From contig CAVVMW010000022.1 of NCBI GenBank assembly GCA_963749495.1, forward strand, positions 384,001-448,000: a stretch of 64,000 nt of DNA. Direction: 5' to 3'. Both the position numbers and the translations under genes were made by a program. The notes under the pieces are model-generated. The model saw only the letters and a list, made by a program, of their open reading frames with translations. It was not told the origin of the DNA and did not search any database. Each line of letters begins with the position of its first letter. The first letter of the stretch is position 1. This DNA is from an uncultured bacterium. Lineage in GTDB: Bacteria > Verrucomicrobiota > Verrucomicrobiia > Limisphaerales > UBA8199. Positions 17,634 through 28,761 of this stretch are shown in pieces.

Positions 17634-18449
17634 ATGAAACCTGGCGAATTGTTTGATCTTTCGGGCGAGGTTGCGGTGGTCATTGGCGCCACAGGCTCCC
17701 TGGGCGGGGCGATTGCCGACGGCCTCGGCGAGGCTGGGGCAAAGGTAGCTGTGCTCGGCCGCAATGCCGAGCGCGGCCAAGAGCGCGTCAGAAGCATCCG
17801 CGCCAAGGGCGGGCAGGGGGAGTTCTTCGCGGCGGATGCCGTGCAAAGAGAGAGCCTGCGCGCCGCGCGGCAGGCTGTCGAGAAGTCGCTCGGGCCTCCG
17901 GGGATTCTTGTCAACGCCGCCGGCGGCAACGACCCGAAGGTGACCGTGACGGCGGAGCGGGCCTTCGAGCAGATTGCCCTGGGCGATTGGCAGGCGAACT
18001 TCGAGTTGAACCTGGTTGGGGGCGTGCTGCTGCCGTGCCAGGAGTTTGGCCCGGGCATGTTGGCACGCGGCCGCGGGAGCATCATCAACATCGCCAGCGT
18101 CACCGCGCACCTCCCGCTCTCGCGCGTGGTGGCTTACTCCGCCTCGAAAGCCGCCGTGCTCAACCTGACCCGGTTCCTGGGCCGCGAATGGGCGCCCAAA
18201 GGCGTGCGCGTCAACTCCATCACCCCCGGCTTTTTCCCCGCCGAGCAGAACCGCAAGCTGTTGTTCAACGACAACGGCTCGCCCAGCGCCCGCACCAAGG
18301 CCATCTGGGGCCACACCCCCATGGGCCGCTTCGGCGACCCCCGCGAGTTGATCGGCGCCGCCCTGTTCCTGGCCAGCCACAAGGCCAGCAGCTTCGTCAC
18401 CGGCGCCGACCTCTGCGTGGACGGCGGCTTTCTGGCACAGACCATTTAG
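17634..18449 (+). CDS. SDR-family oxidoreductase (sugar-acid dehydrogenase, UxuB/KduD-like)
   Basis: VIGATGSLGG, LVNAAGGN, IINIAS, YSASK, VRVNSITPGFF, TPMGRFG, VDGGF. Confidence 0.88.
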   Translation: MKPGELFDLSGEVAVVIGATGSLGGAIADGLGEAGAKVAVLGRNAERGQERVRSIRAKGGQGEFFAADAVQRESLRAARQAVEKSLGPPGILVNAAGGNDPKVTVTAERAFEQIALGDWQANFELNLVGGVLLPCQEFGPGMLARGRGSIINIASVTAHLPLSRVVAYSASKAAVLNLTRFLGREWAPKGVRVNSITPGFFPAEQNRKLLFNDNGSPSARTKAIWGHTPMGRFGDPRELIGAALFLASHKASSFVTGADLCVDGGFLAQTI

Positions 18450-18620
18450 ATGGGCGGGGCAATGGGTATGTCCATGAACAATTAATGTCCGAGGCATCCA
18501 GTGAACTTCAGGCTCGGCCCGAAGGGCCGACAGAATCCAGCCCAGGGCTGAGGCCGCTAGGCCGATGCCCTGGGGAACGGCGCCTTTTCAACCCGGCGCG
18601 CCCTGAAGGGGGAATGGCAC

Positions 18621-18971
18621 TTACTTAGTGCCTAAAACTTTGGCGCTTAGGCGCTTGCGTCGATGGGGATGAGGTGCCCTCTGGAAGATAATCTTGCGGG
18701 ACAGCCGCTCCATGTCACGCAACAGCCCCCGCACCTGTCGGTAGTGGTTAACCGCTTGGCGCATCTGCTCGAACTCCTCCTGGGTTAGTGAGACGGTGAT
18801 CGTCTTCTGCGCGACTTTGCGCGTCCACTGGTAACCGGCACCTCCGCCCGAGCGCCGCGTGCGGTCCTGCACCGAGCCCTGGCTGAGGTAGCCTATTTGG
18901 CTCAAACGGCGTCGCAATTGCTCGTATTGCCGGTCCCAGGAGGCGGTGCCCTCATACAGATTTTTGTTCAT
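18621..18971 (-). CDS. IS-associated small basic protein (DUF6788-like)
   Basis: 116 aa; GYLSQGSV..YQWTRKVAQKTITVSLT..MRQAVNHYRQ. Lies inside the IS, and its stop is in the left TIR. Confidence 0.75.
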   Translation of the reverse strand: MNKNLYEGTASWDRQYEQLRRRLSQIGYLSQGSVQDRTRRSGGGAGYQWTRKVAQKTITVSLTQEEFEQMRQAVNHYRQVRGLLRDMERLSRKIIFQRAPHPHRRKRLSAKVLGTK

Positions 18972-19023
18972 CGGCCTCAATTTTAGCTTGCCGGTCAAGC
19001 ATAGTCCAGTATATATACTGGAC

Positions 19024-20490
19024 ATGCACACGCCCTTTTTCCCACCCTGGCGCTCTCGCCTGGCCCGCTTGGGTTCCCGCACCGCCCACGCCTGCCGCCA
19101 GGTCCGCGCCTATACCCTCTGCCAACTGGAAAAGTGCTTCTCCTCCTCGGTACCCCAGGAGTGCTTTCCCAAGGCCAAGGCCTCCGCCCACAAAAACTGC
19201 CGCGACCGCGACTACACCCGCTGGCGCACCTTCTGGTGCATGGTCTGGCAAGCCCTCAACCCCGACGCCTCCGGGCGCGAGGTCGTGCGCCAACTCCAGG
19301 CCCTCTTCCTCTTGGAAGACGGCCCCCAGATCTCCCCCGAGGACGGCGCCTACTGCCGCGCCAAGGCCCGCCTGCCGCTCAGGCAATTCCCCAAGGTTTT
19401 GGCCGCCACCGCCCGGGCCGCCGACAAGCAAGTCCCGGCCCTGACTCAACTCCAAGGCCGGCCCCTCAAGGCCGCCGACGGCTCGGCCCTCACGCTGGCC
19501 GACACGCGCAAAAACCGAAGGGCGTATCCCCCTCTGCAGTGCGCCGACAAACCCAGCTTCCCCAAGATGCGCATCGTCGTGCTCTTTTCCATGCTCAGCG
19601 GCGCGATCCTGGCCATGGCCCAAGGCAGCTTGGCGCTCTCCGAACTGTCGTTGTTGACGCTGCTCAGCAGCCAATTGGTGGCCGGGGATATCCTGGTGGC
19701 AGACCGCGGCTTCGGTTTTTACGCGGTCCTCGCCTGGCTCAAGCACCTTCTGAACGTGGACTTCATCGGGCGGTCCACGCGCCGGCTCGATGGGCGAAGG
19801 CGCCTCCGCCGCTTGGGCAGAAACGACTGGCTCTTCGTGTGGGGAAAACCCCAGCGCCGGGCTCCCTGGCTGACGCTGCTCCAATGGATTGGCTTGCCCA
19901 GCCAGTTGACGGTGCGCGTGGTCAAGGGCAGTTGCTATCAGAAAGGCTTCCGCGTACGCCAGGTCAAACTGGTGACCACGCTCTTGGACCCAGAACTCTA
20001 CCCCGCCGAACAGATCCTCCGCGCTTACTTGCGGCGGTGGCGCCTGGAGATGTGCCTGGATGACCTGAAAACCACTCTGGAAATGGAGACCCTCCGCGGG
20101 CGCAGCCCGAACATGGTTCGCAAAGAGGCCTACACGCGCCTCATCGCCCACAATCTCATCCGTGGCACCATGGCTCAGGCCGCCACCGAACATGAGGTGC
20201 CCCTGGAGCGCATCAGCTTCAAAGGCTCGCTGGACGCAATCCGGCACTTTACCCAGGCCATGGCCCAAGCCCGCTCCAAAAAGAAACGCCGCCAACTGTG
20301 GTCCGATCTGCTCGAAACGCTAGCCGCCGATTTGGTCCCCGAGCGGCCAAACCGACGCGAGCCGCGCGCCGTCAAACGCAAGAAAAACAAATACCCGCGG
20401 CTCAACGCACCCCGCCGCAGGTTCCGCGATCATCTCAAACGTCACACGCGCCGCACCAGGGCCCGTTTGCGCAAGCTCGGTCTTATGTAA
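19024..20490 (+). CDS. IS4-family DDE transposase
   Basis: AYCRAKARLP, AADGS, LVADRGF, LVTTLLD, IS4 YREK-type signature YLRRWRLEMCLDDLK, RPNRREPRAVKR. Confidence 0.93.
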   Translation: MHTPFFPPWRSRLARLGSRTAHACRQVRAYTLCQLEKCFSSSVPQECFPKAKASAHKNCRDRDYTRWRTFWCMVWQALNPDASGREVVRQLQALFLLEDGPQISPEDGAYCRAKARLPLRQFPKVLAATARAADKQVPALTQLQGRPLKAADGSALTLADTRKNRRAYPPLQCADKPSFPKMRIVVLFSMLSGAILAMAQGSLALSELSLLTLLSSQLVAGDILVADRGFGFYAVLAWLKHLLNVDFIGRSTRRLDGRRRLRRLGRNDWLFVWGKPQRRAPWLTLLQWIGLPSQLTVRVVKGSCYQKGFRVRQVKLVTTLLDPELYPAEQILRAYLRRWRLEMCLDDLKTTLEMETLRGRSPNMVRKEAYTRLIAHNLIRGTMAQAATEHEVPLERISFKGSLDAIRHFTQAMAQARSKKKRRQLWSDLLETLAADLVPERPNRREPRAVKRKKNKYPRLNAPRRRFRDHLKRHTRRTRARLRKLGLM

Positions 20491-20620
20491 GCGCCATTCC
20501 CCTGAAGGGGCGCCACACGCTGGAGGATGTGGAGCTCTGGCGCCCCTTCAGGGCGCAAGGCCCCCCTCTGGGCCGGAACCCAGGGCATCGGCCTGGCGGC
20601 CTCAGCCCTGGGCTAGGTTC

Positions 20621-22289
20621 TTGCGGCTCGTTGAGCCGCCACGGCTCCTTGCTGCCTCATTGCAGTGCCTGCCTTTGCTGCTTATGGCTCAGACCAAATC
20701 ACCCGATTATTCCGCCATTGGCCGCCCGCTCGAGCAGGCGGTACACGAAGAGATGGCCGCCTGGGGCATTACGGGCATCGCCATTGCGCTGGTCGATGGG
20801 CAGCAGACGGTCTATGCGGCCGGCTTCGGCGAAGCCAGGCGCGAGAGCGTCTTCCGTTGCGGCTCGATCTCGAAGCTCTTCAATGCCGTGGCCGTAATGC
20901 AACTGGTCGAGGTGGGCAAGCTCGACCTGGATGCGCCCTTGGAGCGTTACGGACCCGAGCTATTGCCGGTCAATCCCTTTGCCATCGCAACCCCGGTGAC
21001 GCTTCGCCAGCTTCTGTGCCATCGGTCCGGCATGATCCGCGAGGCACCCGTGGGGGGATACTTCGACAACTCCCAACCCGGCCTGGCCCGCACGATTGAG
21101 AGCATCTCACAGGCTGTCCTGGTCAACCTGCCCGACTCCAAGACGCGCTATTCCAATGTTGGACCCAGCCTGGCCGGGCGCATTGTCGAGCGGGTTGCCG
21201 CCGCCGGCTTCGAGCAGTACCAAAGCGAGCACGTCCTGGGCCCATTGGGCATGACCAACTCGGCCTGGCGCCTCGATGAGGTGCCGCGCGGACGGCTCAT
21301 CGCCTCGTATATGCGCGTGGCCCAGGCCCAGGGAGGTTTCAGGCGCCGCAGGGCGCCGGTGTTCGATCTGGGCACGGTGCCGGCCGGCAATCTCTTCACC
21401 ACGGCGGAGGACCTCGCGCGCTTTGTGGCCATGCTGGCTGCCGGCGGCCAGACCTCGCGCGGCCGCGTCCTCCAAGCCCGGTCGCTGGCCCAAATGTTCA
21501 CGCCCCAGTTGAGCACAGAGCCCGGCAGTTGCGGGCTGGGCTTCGCCCTGGGCAAGTTCCGCCAGCACAAGATGGTCAACCACAACGGCGCGGTCTATGG
21601 CCATTCCGCCTCGCTTCTCTTCCTGCCGGACACGGAGCTGGGCGTGGTGGTGCTCGGCAACGAGGACATCGCCAACGCCCGCATCCAGAAACTGGCCAAC
21701 CACGCCCTGTCTCTCATGCTCGAGGCCAAGTGCGGCGAAAAACCGCCCGCCGCTCCCGTGCCCCTCAAGCTCTCCGCGGACATCCTGGCCCGGTTTTGCG
21801 GCGACTACGAATCCCAGAGCTTCTGGGCAACATTGAAAATCGAGGATGGGCGCCTGGCCGCCAACCTCTCCGGCCAGCCCACGAAACTGACGCCCGTCGA
21901 GCCGTTCCGGTTCCTGGCGGACAGCCGCGTCAACGACGCGGTGCCGGTGGACTTCGAGCACAACGCCGCCGGCCAAGTGACTGGCTTCAACATGGGCCTG
22001 CAGAAATTTGCGCGTGTGCCCGCGGGCGCGCCCCAGCTTCCGGCCTCGTGGCGCGCTTACCTGGGCAGCTATGGGCCCGACTTCATCCCGCTGGTCGTGA
22101 GCGCCCGCCACGGCCACCTCTACGCCATGACCGAGAACCTCGCCGACTACCGCCTCACGCCCCTCAACCGCCACGTCTTCTCCTTCCCCCTGGGCCTCTA
22201 CACCGACGAGTACCCTTGTCTTCCTTACCGACCGCCGCGGCAAGGCCCGCGCGGTGGACATGGCCAATATGATCCTCGAACGGAGGTGA
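20621..22289 (+). CDS. Serine hydrolase, beta-lactamase class C/PBP-like, frameshifted near 22213
   Basis: SxxK (GSISKLF), TLRQLLCHRSG, YSN, LGPLGMTNS, HNGAVYG. The C-terminus (LVFLTDRRGKARAVDMANMILERR*) continues in another frame. Start is uncertain. Confidence 0.82.
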
Positions 22290-22297
22290 AGAGCTGT

Positions 22298-22434
22298 CGT
22301 GAAAGGTAAAACGTGAAACGTGAAACGTGAATGCCGAATGACGAATGACGAATGACGAATGACGACACGGCACATGGCTCCGCCGTTTTTGCCATTCGTC
22401 ATTCGTCATTCGGCATTCGGCATTCGGCATTCAG
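22298..22434. repeat. Inverted pair of drifting heptamer arrays
   Basis: CGTGAAA -> GCCGAAT -> GACGAAT on the left; CATTCGT x2 and CATTCGG x3 on the right. Confidence 0.88.
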
Positions 22435-22485
22435 GCTTCCGCTGTGCATCCGACTGAAAAGTGGTATCAGAGACGCCCTCGTAGC

Positions 22486-24501
22486 ATGACGAACGACCGA
22501 TCCAGGAGTGCCTTGAGCCCTGAGAGCGAGGCAGTCCCCTCCTGGTCGCGGCGGTTCCTGCCGCGCATTGGGTCGCCGGCTTACCATCTCCTGCTGGCCA
22601 GCGCGGCTATTCTCGTCCTGGGCCCTCTAGGCGGGATCTCGGCGGCGTTCATGAACTTTTCGATCGGGTTCTTCCTGGGCGGCCAGGTCCTGGCAGGCAT
22701 CCTGGGCAGCGCCGTCACGCTGTCCTATGGTCCGGAGGGCAAGCACGGGGCCAACTACATCCAGACCATGGCGGCCTCGGTGGCCGGGATGTGCGGGATG
22801 TCCTCGCTGGTCCAGGCCATGGTCTGGCTGGGCCTGCCCCGGCCGCCGGAGTGGCAGCTCATCCTGTATTTCCTGTGCATCGGCATGTTCGGGGTGGGGG
22901 TGGGCATGCTCTACACGCCGATCGTGGTGGACCGCCTGCAATTGACCTACCCCTCCGGCCTGGCGGTCGCCAACATCCTGCGCGCCCTGACCGACCGCGT
23001 CTTGCTTCGGCGCTCGATTGCGCGGCTGGGCGGCAGCGTGGCGGCCAGCTACGCCCTGGCCCTGGTGTCGCCCGCAATCCCCGCCCTCGGTGCGCTGGGG
23101 CTCTCGACCTCGACGTTCGGCGGGGGCCTGATTGTCGGCGCGCGCATAGCCATCCCAGCCCTGGTGGTCGCCCTCATCGGCCGCTGGCAGACGCCGCACC
23201 TGGTGAGCATCGGCTGGCTTGGGCCGAACGATTCCTACCGCAAGATCGGCTTCATCATATCGCTCGGGGGCATCCTCGGCGCTGCCATCCTCGATCTGGG
23301 CTTGATCCTGGTGCAGACCATCCGGCGGCTGCGGGCGCGCGGCGTGGTTTTGCCCCAACGGAGGTTGAGTGGCCTTTCCGACCTTTGTCGAAACCTTTGT
23401 CGAAAACTCTGTCGAAAACTGGCCAGATTCGACAAAGGTCGCGACAAAGGCTGCGACAAAGGTTCCGAAGAAGATACCAAGGTCGGCCGAGCCCCGGTGC
23501 AGTCCCCCGCCGCCCCGGTCCCACCCATACCCGCCCGGTCCAACGAGGACTGGAAGCGGGTCAACCTGTTGCGCCTGGTGCTCTGGATTGTTTTCTGGGC
23601 CGCCGGCATTGTCTGGACGGGAAACCGGCTGCTGCACCAACCGCTCTCCTATCTCCTTATCGCCGTGTGCCTCTGTTTTCTCTTTGTCCTCATCAACGGC
23701 ATTGCGTTGGGGATCTCGGACTTCAACCCGATCTCGAGCGCCTTCGTGATGACGGTTTTCATCCTGGCGTCCCTGGGATTGCGCGACGCGGGCGTGGGCC
23801 TGCTCTGCGCCTCGGTCCTCGCGATTGCCACCAGCGAGGGCGGCGACATGCAGCAGGACCGCTCGACGGGTTGGCGCCTTGGCACCAACCGGGTGGTGCA
23901 GTTCCGCTACCAGGTCATCGGCATCGCCGCCGGGGCCGTCCTGTCGGTGGCGCTGGCGGACCTCTTCATGCAGGCCAACCCGATCCTCAAGGAGGACCAA
24001 TTTGCCCATCCGCACCTCAAGGGGGCTGAAAAGTGGCAATCGGCTTATACCTACAAGATGGTCGGCGCGCTCCGGGGCATTACTGCCCACCAGCCGCAGG
24101 TGATGAAGGCCCTGGTGCTCGGACTTGCCTTGGGCCTGTGCATCGAATCGGCGCGCAAGCTCATCAAGGGCCGCCGGCGCTACCAGGACTTCACCGCCCG
24201 CTGCCGGAGCGGCCGCGCACTGGGTTTCGCCCTGGACGCGCTCGTGCTGCCCAGTCCCTATGCTTACGCCTTTGGCGGCTTTGTCGAGTTCATCACGGTC
24301 CTCTGGTGGGCGGCAGGCGGGGTCGCCGCCGCCGGGGTCGATGCGCTCCGGTCCAGGCTCCGCTCCGCGCGCCAGCGGCCGGCCGAGGGCGAGTTGCCCG
24401 CAGACATGAGCACCACCTCATTGGTCGGCGGCGGGTTCATCGCCGGCGACGCCCTGGCCTCCGTGAGCGTGGCGATTTGCAGGCTGCTGTGGGGCGGGTG
24501 A
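22486..24501 (+). CDS. OPT/YSL-family oligopeptide transporter
   Basis: ANYIQTMAAS, LTYPSGLAVANIL, ISDFNPISS, GGDMQQDRSTGWRLG, GGGFIAGDAL; many TM helices. Start is uncertain (22444 or 22486). Confidence 0.85.
   Translation: MTNDRSRSALSPESEAVPSWSRRFLPRIGSPAYHLLLASAAILVLGPLGGISAAFMNFSIGFFLGGQVLAGILGSAVTLSYGPEGKHGANYIQTMAASVAGMCGMSSLVQAMVWLGLPRPPEWQLILYFLCIGMFGVGVGMLYTPIVVDRLQLTYPSGLAVANILRALTDRVLLRRSIARLGGSVAASYALALVSPAIPALGALGLSTSTFGGGLIVGARIAIPALVVALIGRWQTPHLVSIGWLGPNDSYRKIGFIISLGGILGAAILDLGLILVQTIRRLRARGVVLPQRRLSGLSDLCRNLCRKLCRKLARFDKGRDKGCDKGSEEDTKVGRAPVQSPAAPVPPIPARSNEDWKRVNLLRLVLWIVFWAAGIVWTGNRLLHQPLSYLLIAVCLCFLFVLINGIALGISDFNPISSAFVMTVFILASLGLRDAGVGLLCASVLAIATSEGGDMQQDRSTGWRLGTNRVVQFRYQVIGIAAGAVLSVALADLFMQANPILKEDQFAHPHLKGAEKWQSAYTYKMVGALRGITAHQPQVMKALVLGLALGLCIESARKLIKGRRRYQDFTARCRSGRALGFALDALVLPSPYAYAFGGFVEFITVLWWAAGGVAAAGVDALRSRLRSARQRPAEGELPADMSTTSLVGGGFIAGDALASVSVAICRLLWGG
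23381..23464. repeat. Inverted 12-mer array embedded in frame in the OPT gene
   Basis: Three ACCTTTGTCGAA-like units, a 12-bp spacer, then three (T/G)CGACAAAGG.. units; 84 bp = 28 codons. Confidence 0.85.
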
Positions 24502-24578
24502 GCGCCGCACTGCGGTGCAAGGCAGCCTGGCATCGAGAAAACCTGGAGTGTGGGAGCGTCAGAGAGTGGAAAAGTGCT

Positions 24579-24705
24579 GAAATTGAAAATTGAAAATTGA
24601 AAATTGAAAATTGGACATTGCGGCCGGAGCAGGCCCTAACCCGGGGCGGACTCGGAGGGGGTTCTTCAATGACCAATTTGCAATTTGCAATTTGCAATTT
24701 GCAGT
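24579..24705. repeat. Inverted heptamer arrays (GAAAATT)4 and (CAATTTG)4
   Basis: Read directly. Confidence 0.88.
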
Positions 24706-24746
24706 TCGTCCTAAAACACGATTGGGAGCCATGTTCCAAGCTCACC

Positions 24747-25030
24747 CGCGTCGCGTAGCGACGCCTGAAAACAGGACTGGATTTGCCAGCGTGAAGCTGC
24801 CAGGCGTCGCTACGCGACGCGGCACCGCGTAGCGGTGCGTGACGGTAGCCGTGGACTTCAGTCCACGGACCCACGGCGCAAGCGTGCCCGCGTCGCGTAG
24901 CGACGCCTGACAACCGGATGAGGCCGCCGGCTCCAGGCTGTCAGGCGTCGCTACGCGACGCGCGAGCATTCCCACGCCCAACCCCGTGGACCGAGGTCCA
25001 CGGCTACCGTCACTGCGTCGCTCCGCGACG
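24747..25030. repeat. REPIN family E, extended copy
   Basis: Several CGCGTCGCGTAGCGACGC and CCGTGGAC..GTCCACGG hairpins in the same order as at 8116 and 13629. Confidence 0.85.
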
Positions 25031-25086
25031 CCGGGGTTCCAACGTTTCCTTGTAACTCTCCCGTTCGATGGCCTAAGTTCTCCCCG

Positions 25087-26394
25087 ATGCACGAGACCCT
25101 AGCACAAACGGCCGGGAGTGGCGCGGGCCTGGCCCCGGCCCAGGTGGAGGAGGTCGTCTGCCGCGCCTGCCGGGCGGAGGATTACCGCGGCAAACGCGTG
25201 CTGCTCATCGTGCCGGACGGCACGCGCACCGCCCCCGTCGGCATGCTGTTCCGGGCACTGCACCGCCAGATTGGAGAAGCGACCGGGGCCTTCGATGTTA
25301 TCGTCGCCCTGGGCACGCACCAGCCAATGAGCGAGCAGGGGATATGCCGGCGCCTGGAGATCACCGAGGAGGAGCGACGCCGGGCCTTTGGCCGCATCCG
25401 CTTCTTCAACCATGCCTGGGACAACCCGCGCGCCTTGAAGCAGATCGGGATGCTCGAGGCCGGGGAGGTCAGCCGGCTTACCGAGGGCCTTTTCGCGATG
25501 GACGTGCCGGTCGAGGTGAACCGCTCGCTCTATGACTATGACCAGGTCATCATCGCGGGGCCGGTCTTTCCGCACGAGGTGGTCGGGTTCTCTGGCGGGA
25601 ACAAGTACCTGTTTCCCGGTGTTGCGGGGCCGCGGGTCCTGAACTTCTTCCACTGGTTGGGCGCCGTGATTACCAATCCGATGATCATCGGCAACAAATG
25701 GACCCCGGTGCGGCGGGTGGTGGATAGCGCCGGGGCGATGGTCAAGGTGGACAAGCTCTGTTTTTGCATGGTCGTGACACCCCAGAACAAACTGGCCGGG
25801 CTCTTCGCCGGGACGCCCGAGGCCGCTTGGGACCAGGCCAGCGACCTCTCGCGCCAGGTCCATATCGTCTATAAAGACAGGCTGTTCCACACGATCCTCT
25901 CCTGCGCCCCGCCCATGTATGACGAACTCTGGACTGCCGGCAAGTGCATGTACAAGCTCGAACCGGTCCTGGCCGACGGCGGGGAACTGATCATCTACGC
26001 CCCCCACCTGCGCGAGGTCTGCGTCAGCCACGGCGCCGCTATCGAGGCCGTCGGTTACCACTGCCGCGACTACTTCCTCAAACAATGGGACCGGTTCAAG
26101 CACCTGCCCTGGAGCGCGCTGGCCCACTCGACCCACGTGCGCGGCATCGGGACCTTCGAGAACGGGGTCGAGAAATGCCGCGCCAAGGTCACCCTGGCCA
26201 CCGCGATTGGCCCAGAGCACTGCGCCCGGCTCAACCTCGGCTACCGCGACCCCAAGAGCATCCGCCCGCAGGACTTTGCCGGCCGCGAAGACCAAGGCAT
26301 CCTCCTGGTGCCCAAGGCGGGCGAGTTGCTCTTCCGGCTGAGAGGCAGCGGCGGAATTAACCGCAAAGAACGCAGAGAACACAAAGAGCCTTGA
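25087..26394 (+). CDS. LarA-family (lactate racemase domain) nickel-pincer enzyme
   Basis: VPDGTRTAP, VALGTHQPM, FNHAW, PHEVVGFSGGNKYLFPG, GGELIIYAP. Confidence 0.85.
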   Translation: MHETLAQTAGSGAGLAPAQVEEVVCRACRAEDYRGKRVLLIVPDGTRTAPVGMLFRALHRQIGEATGAFDVIVALGTHQPMSEQGICRRLEITEEERRRAFGRIRFFNHAWDNPRALKQIGMLEAGEVSRLTEGLFAMDVPVEVNRSLYDYDQVIIAGPVFPHEVVGFSGGNKYLFPGVAGPRVLNFFHWLGAVITNPMIIGNKWTPVRRVVDSAGAMVKVDKLCFCMVVTPQNKLAGLFAGTPEAAWDQASDLSRQVHIVYKDRLFHTILSCAPPMYDELWTAGKCMYKLEPVLADGGELIIYAPHLREVCVSHGAAIEAVGYHCRDYFLKQWDRFKHLPWSALAHSTHVRGIGTFENGVEKCRAKVTLATAIGPEHCARLNLGYRDPKSIRPQDFAGREDQGILLVPKAGELLFRLRGSGGINRKERREHKEP

Positions 26395-26442
26395 ATGAAG
26401 GCGTTTCTTTGCGATCTCTGCGTTCTTTGCGGTTAATTCCGC
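26351..26442. repeat. 37-bp inverted repeat built of 9-mers, overlapping the LarA 3' end
   Basis: gcggaattaaccgcaaagaacgcagagaacacaaaga / tctttgcgatctctgcgttctttgcggttaattccgc. Confidence 0.85.
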
Positions 26443-26558
26443 AGGCGCCTCTTGAGAATTCTCTTTGAAATTCACGCGATCCCCGGCAACATTGACTTTC
26501 CTTTTGGATTCCGGGCCGGGGTTTTGGCGCCTGGCTGCCGGATGCCGGAAGCAGCGAC

Positions 26559-28358
<1,800 letters not shown>

Positions 28359-28361
28359 AGG

Positions 28362-28404
28362 AGGGACAAAAGGGACGAAAGGGACACAAGGGACAGAAGG
28401 AACG
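28362..28404. repeat. Nonamer array (AGGGACNNA)x4
   Basis: Directly after the aspS stop. The same unit occurs at 17500-17526. Confidence 0.8.
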
Positions 28405-28547
28405 CGGCGGCATTGACCCGCCGGCAGGGCGGCAGATGAGAATCGGTTTTTAGGGGCAGTTCTGTCTTGCGCTGCCCGGGCGCATCTCGGCTTTGTCGGC
28501 CTTGCTCAAGCCAGGCAATTGGAGCGTGGCATCGGCAAGCCCGCAAG

Positions 28548-28635
28548 GTTTTGGACTGCGGCAGTCCTCTGCCGCTTTTCGGACCCTGGGGACGCGAAAG
28601 CGCCAGGGGACTGGCGCAGTCCAAAACGCTTCGCG
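28548..28635. repeat. REP family C doublet
   Basis: ttttggactgcggcagtcctctgccgct..agcgccaggggactggcgcagtccaaaac. Confidence 0.85.
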
Positions 28636-28761
28636 ACTTCGGACGCGCACTCCAATCGCCCGGTTCGGCCGGGCCCGACAAAGATGAGATGCGCCCGCGC
28701 CGCCCATGCGCAGACCAAATTGTTTTACGCGGGCGCCGTCCTCTGCTACGTTGCCCGGACT

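Larger units (their letters stand above)
18612..20499. mobile_element. Complete IS4-family insertion sequence (about 1.9 kb) with divergent accessory ORF
   Basis: TIRs GAATGGCACTTAC / GTAAGCGCCATTC (one mismatch). 11-bp direct repeat CCCTGAAGGGG at 18601-18611 and 20500-20510; an alternative reading is a 9-bp TSD with ends 18611/20500. Confidence 0.92.
18516..20638. repeat. REPIN family F split by the IS4 insertion
   Basis: Left part ggcccgaagggcc..cccagggctgaggcc..ggccgatgccctggg..gcgccctgaagggg. Right part cgcc..ggcgccccttcagggcgc..cccagggcatcggcc..ggcctcagccctgggcta. Confidence 0.75.
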
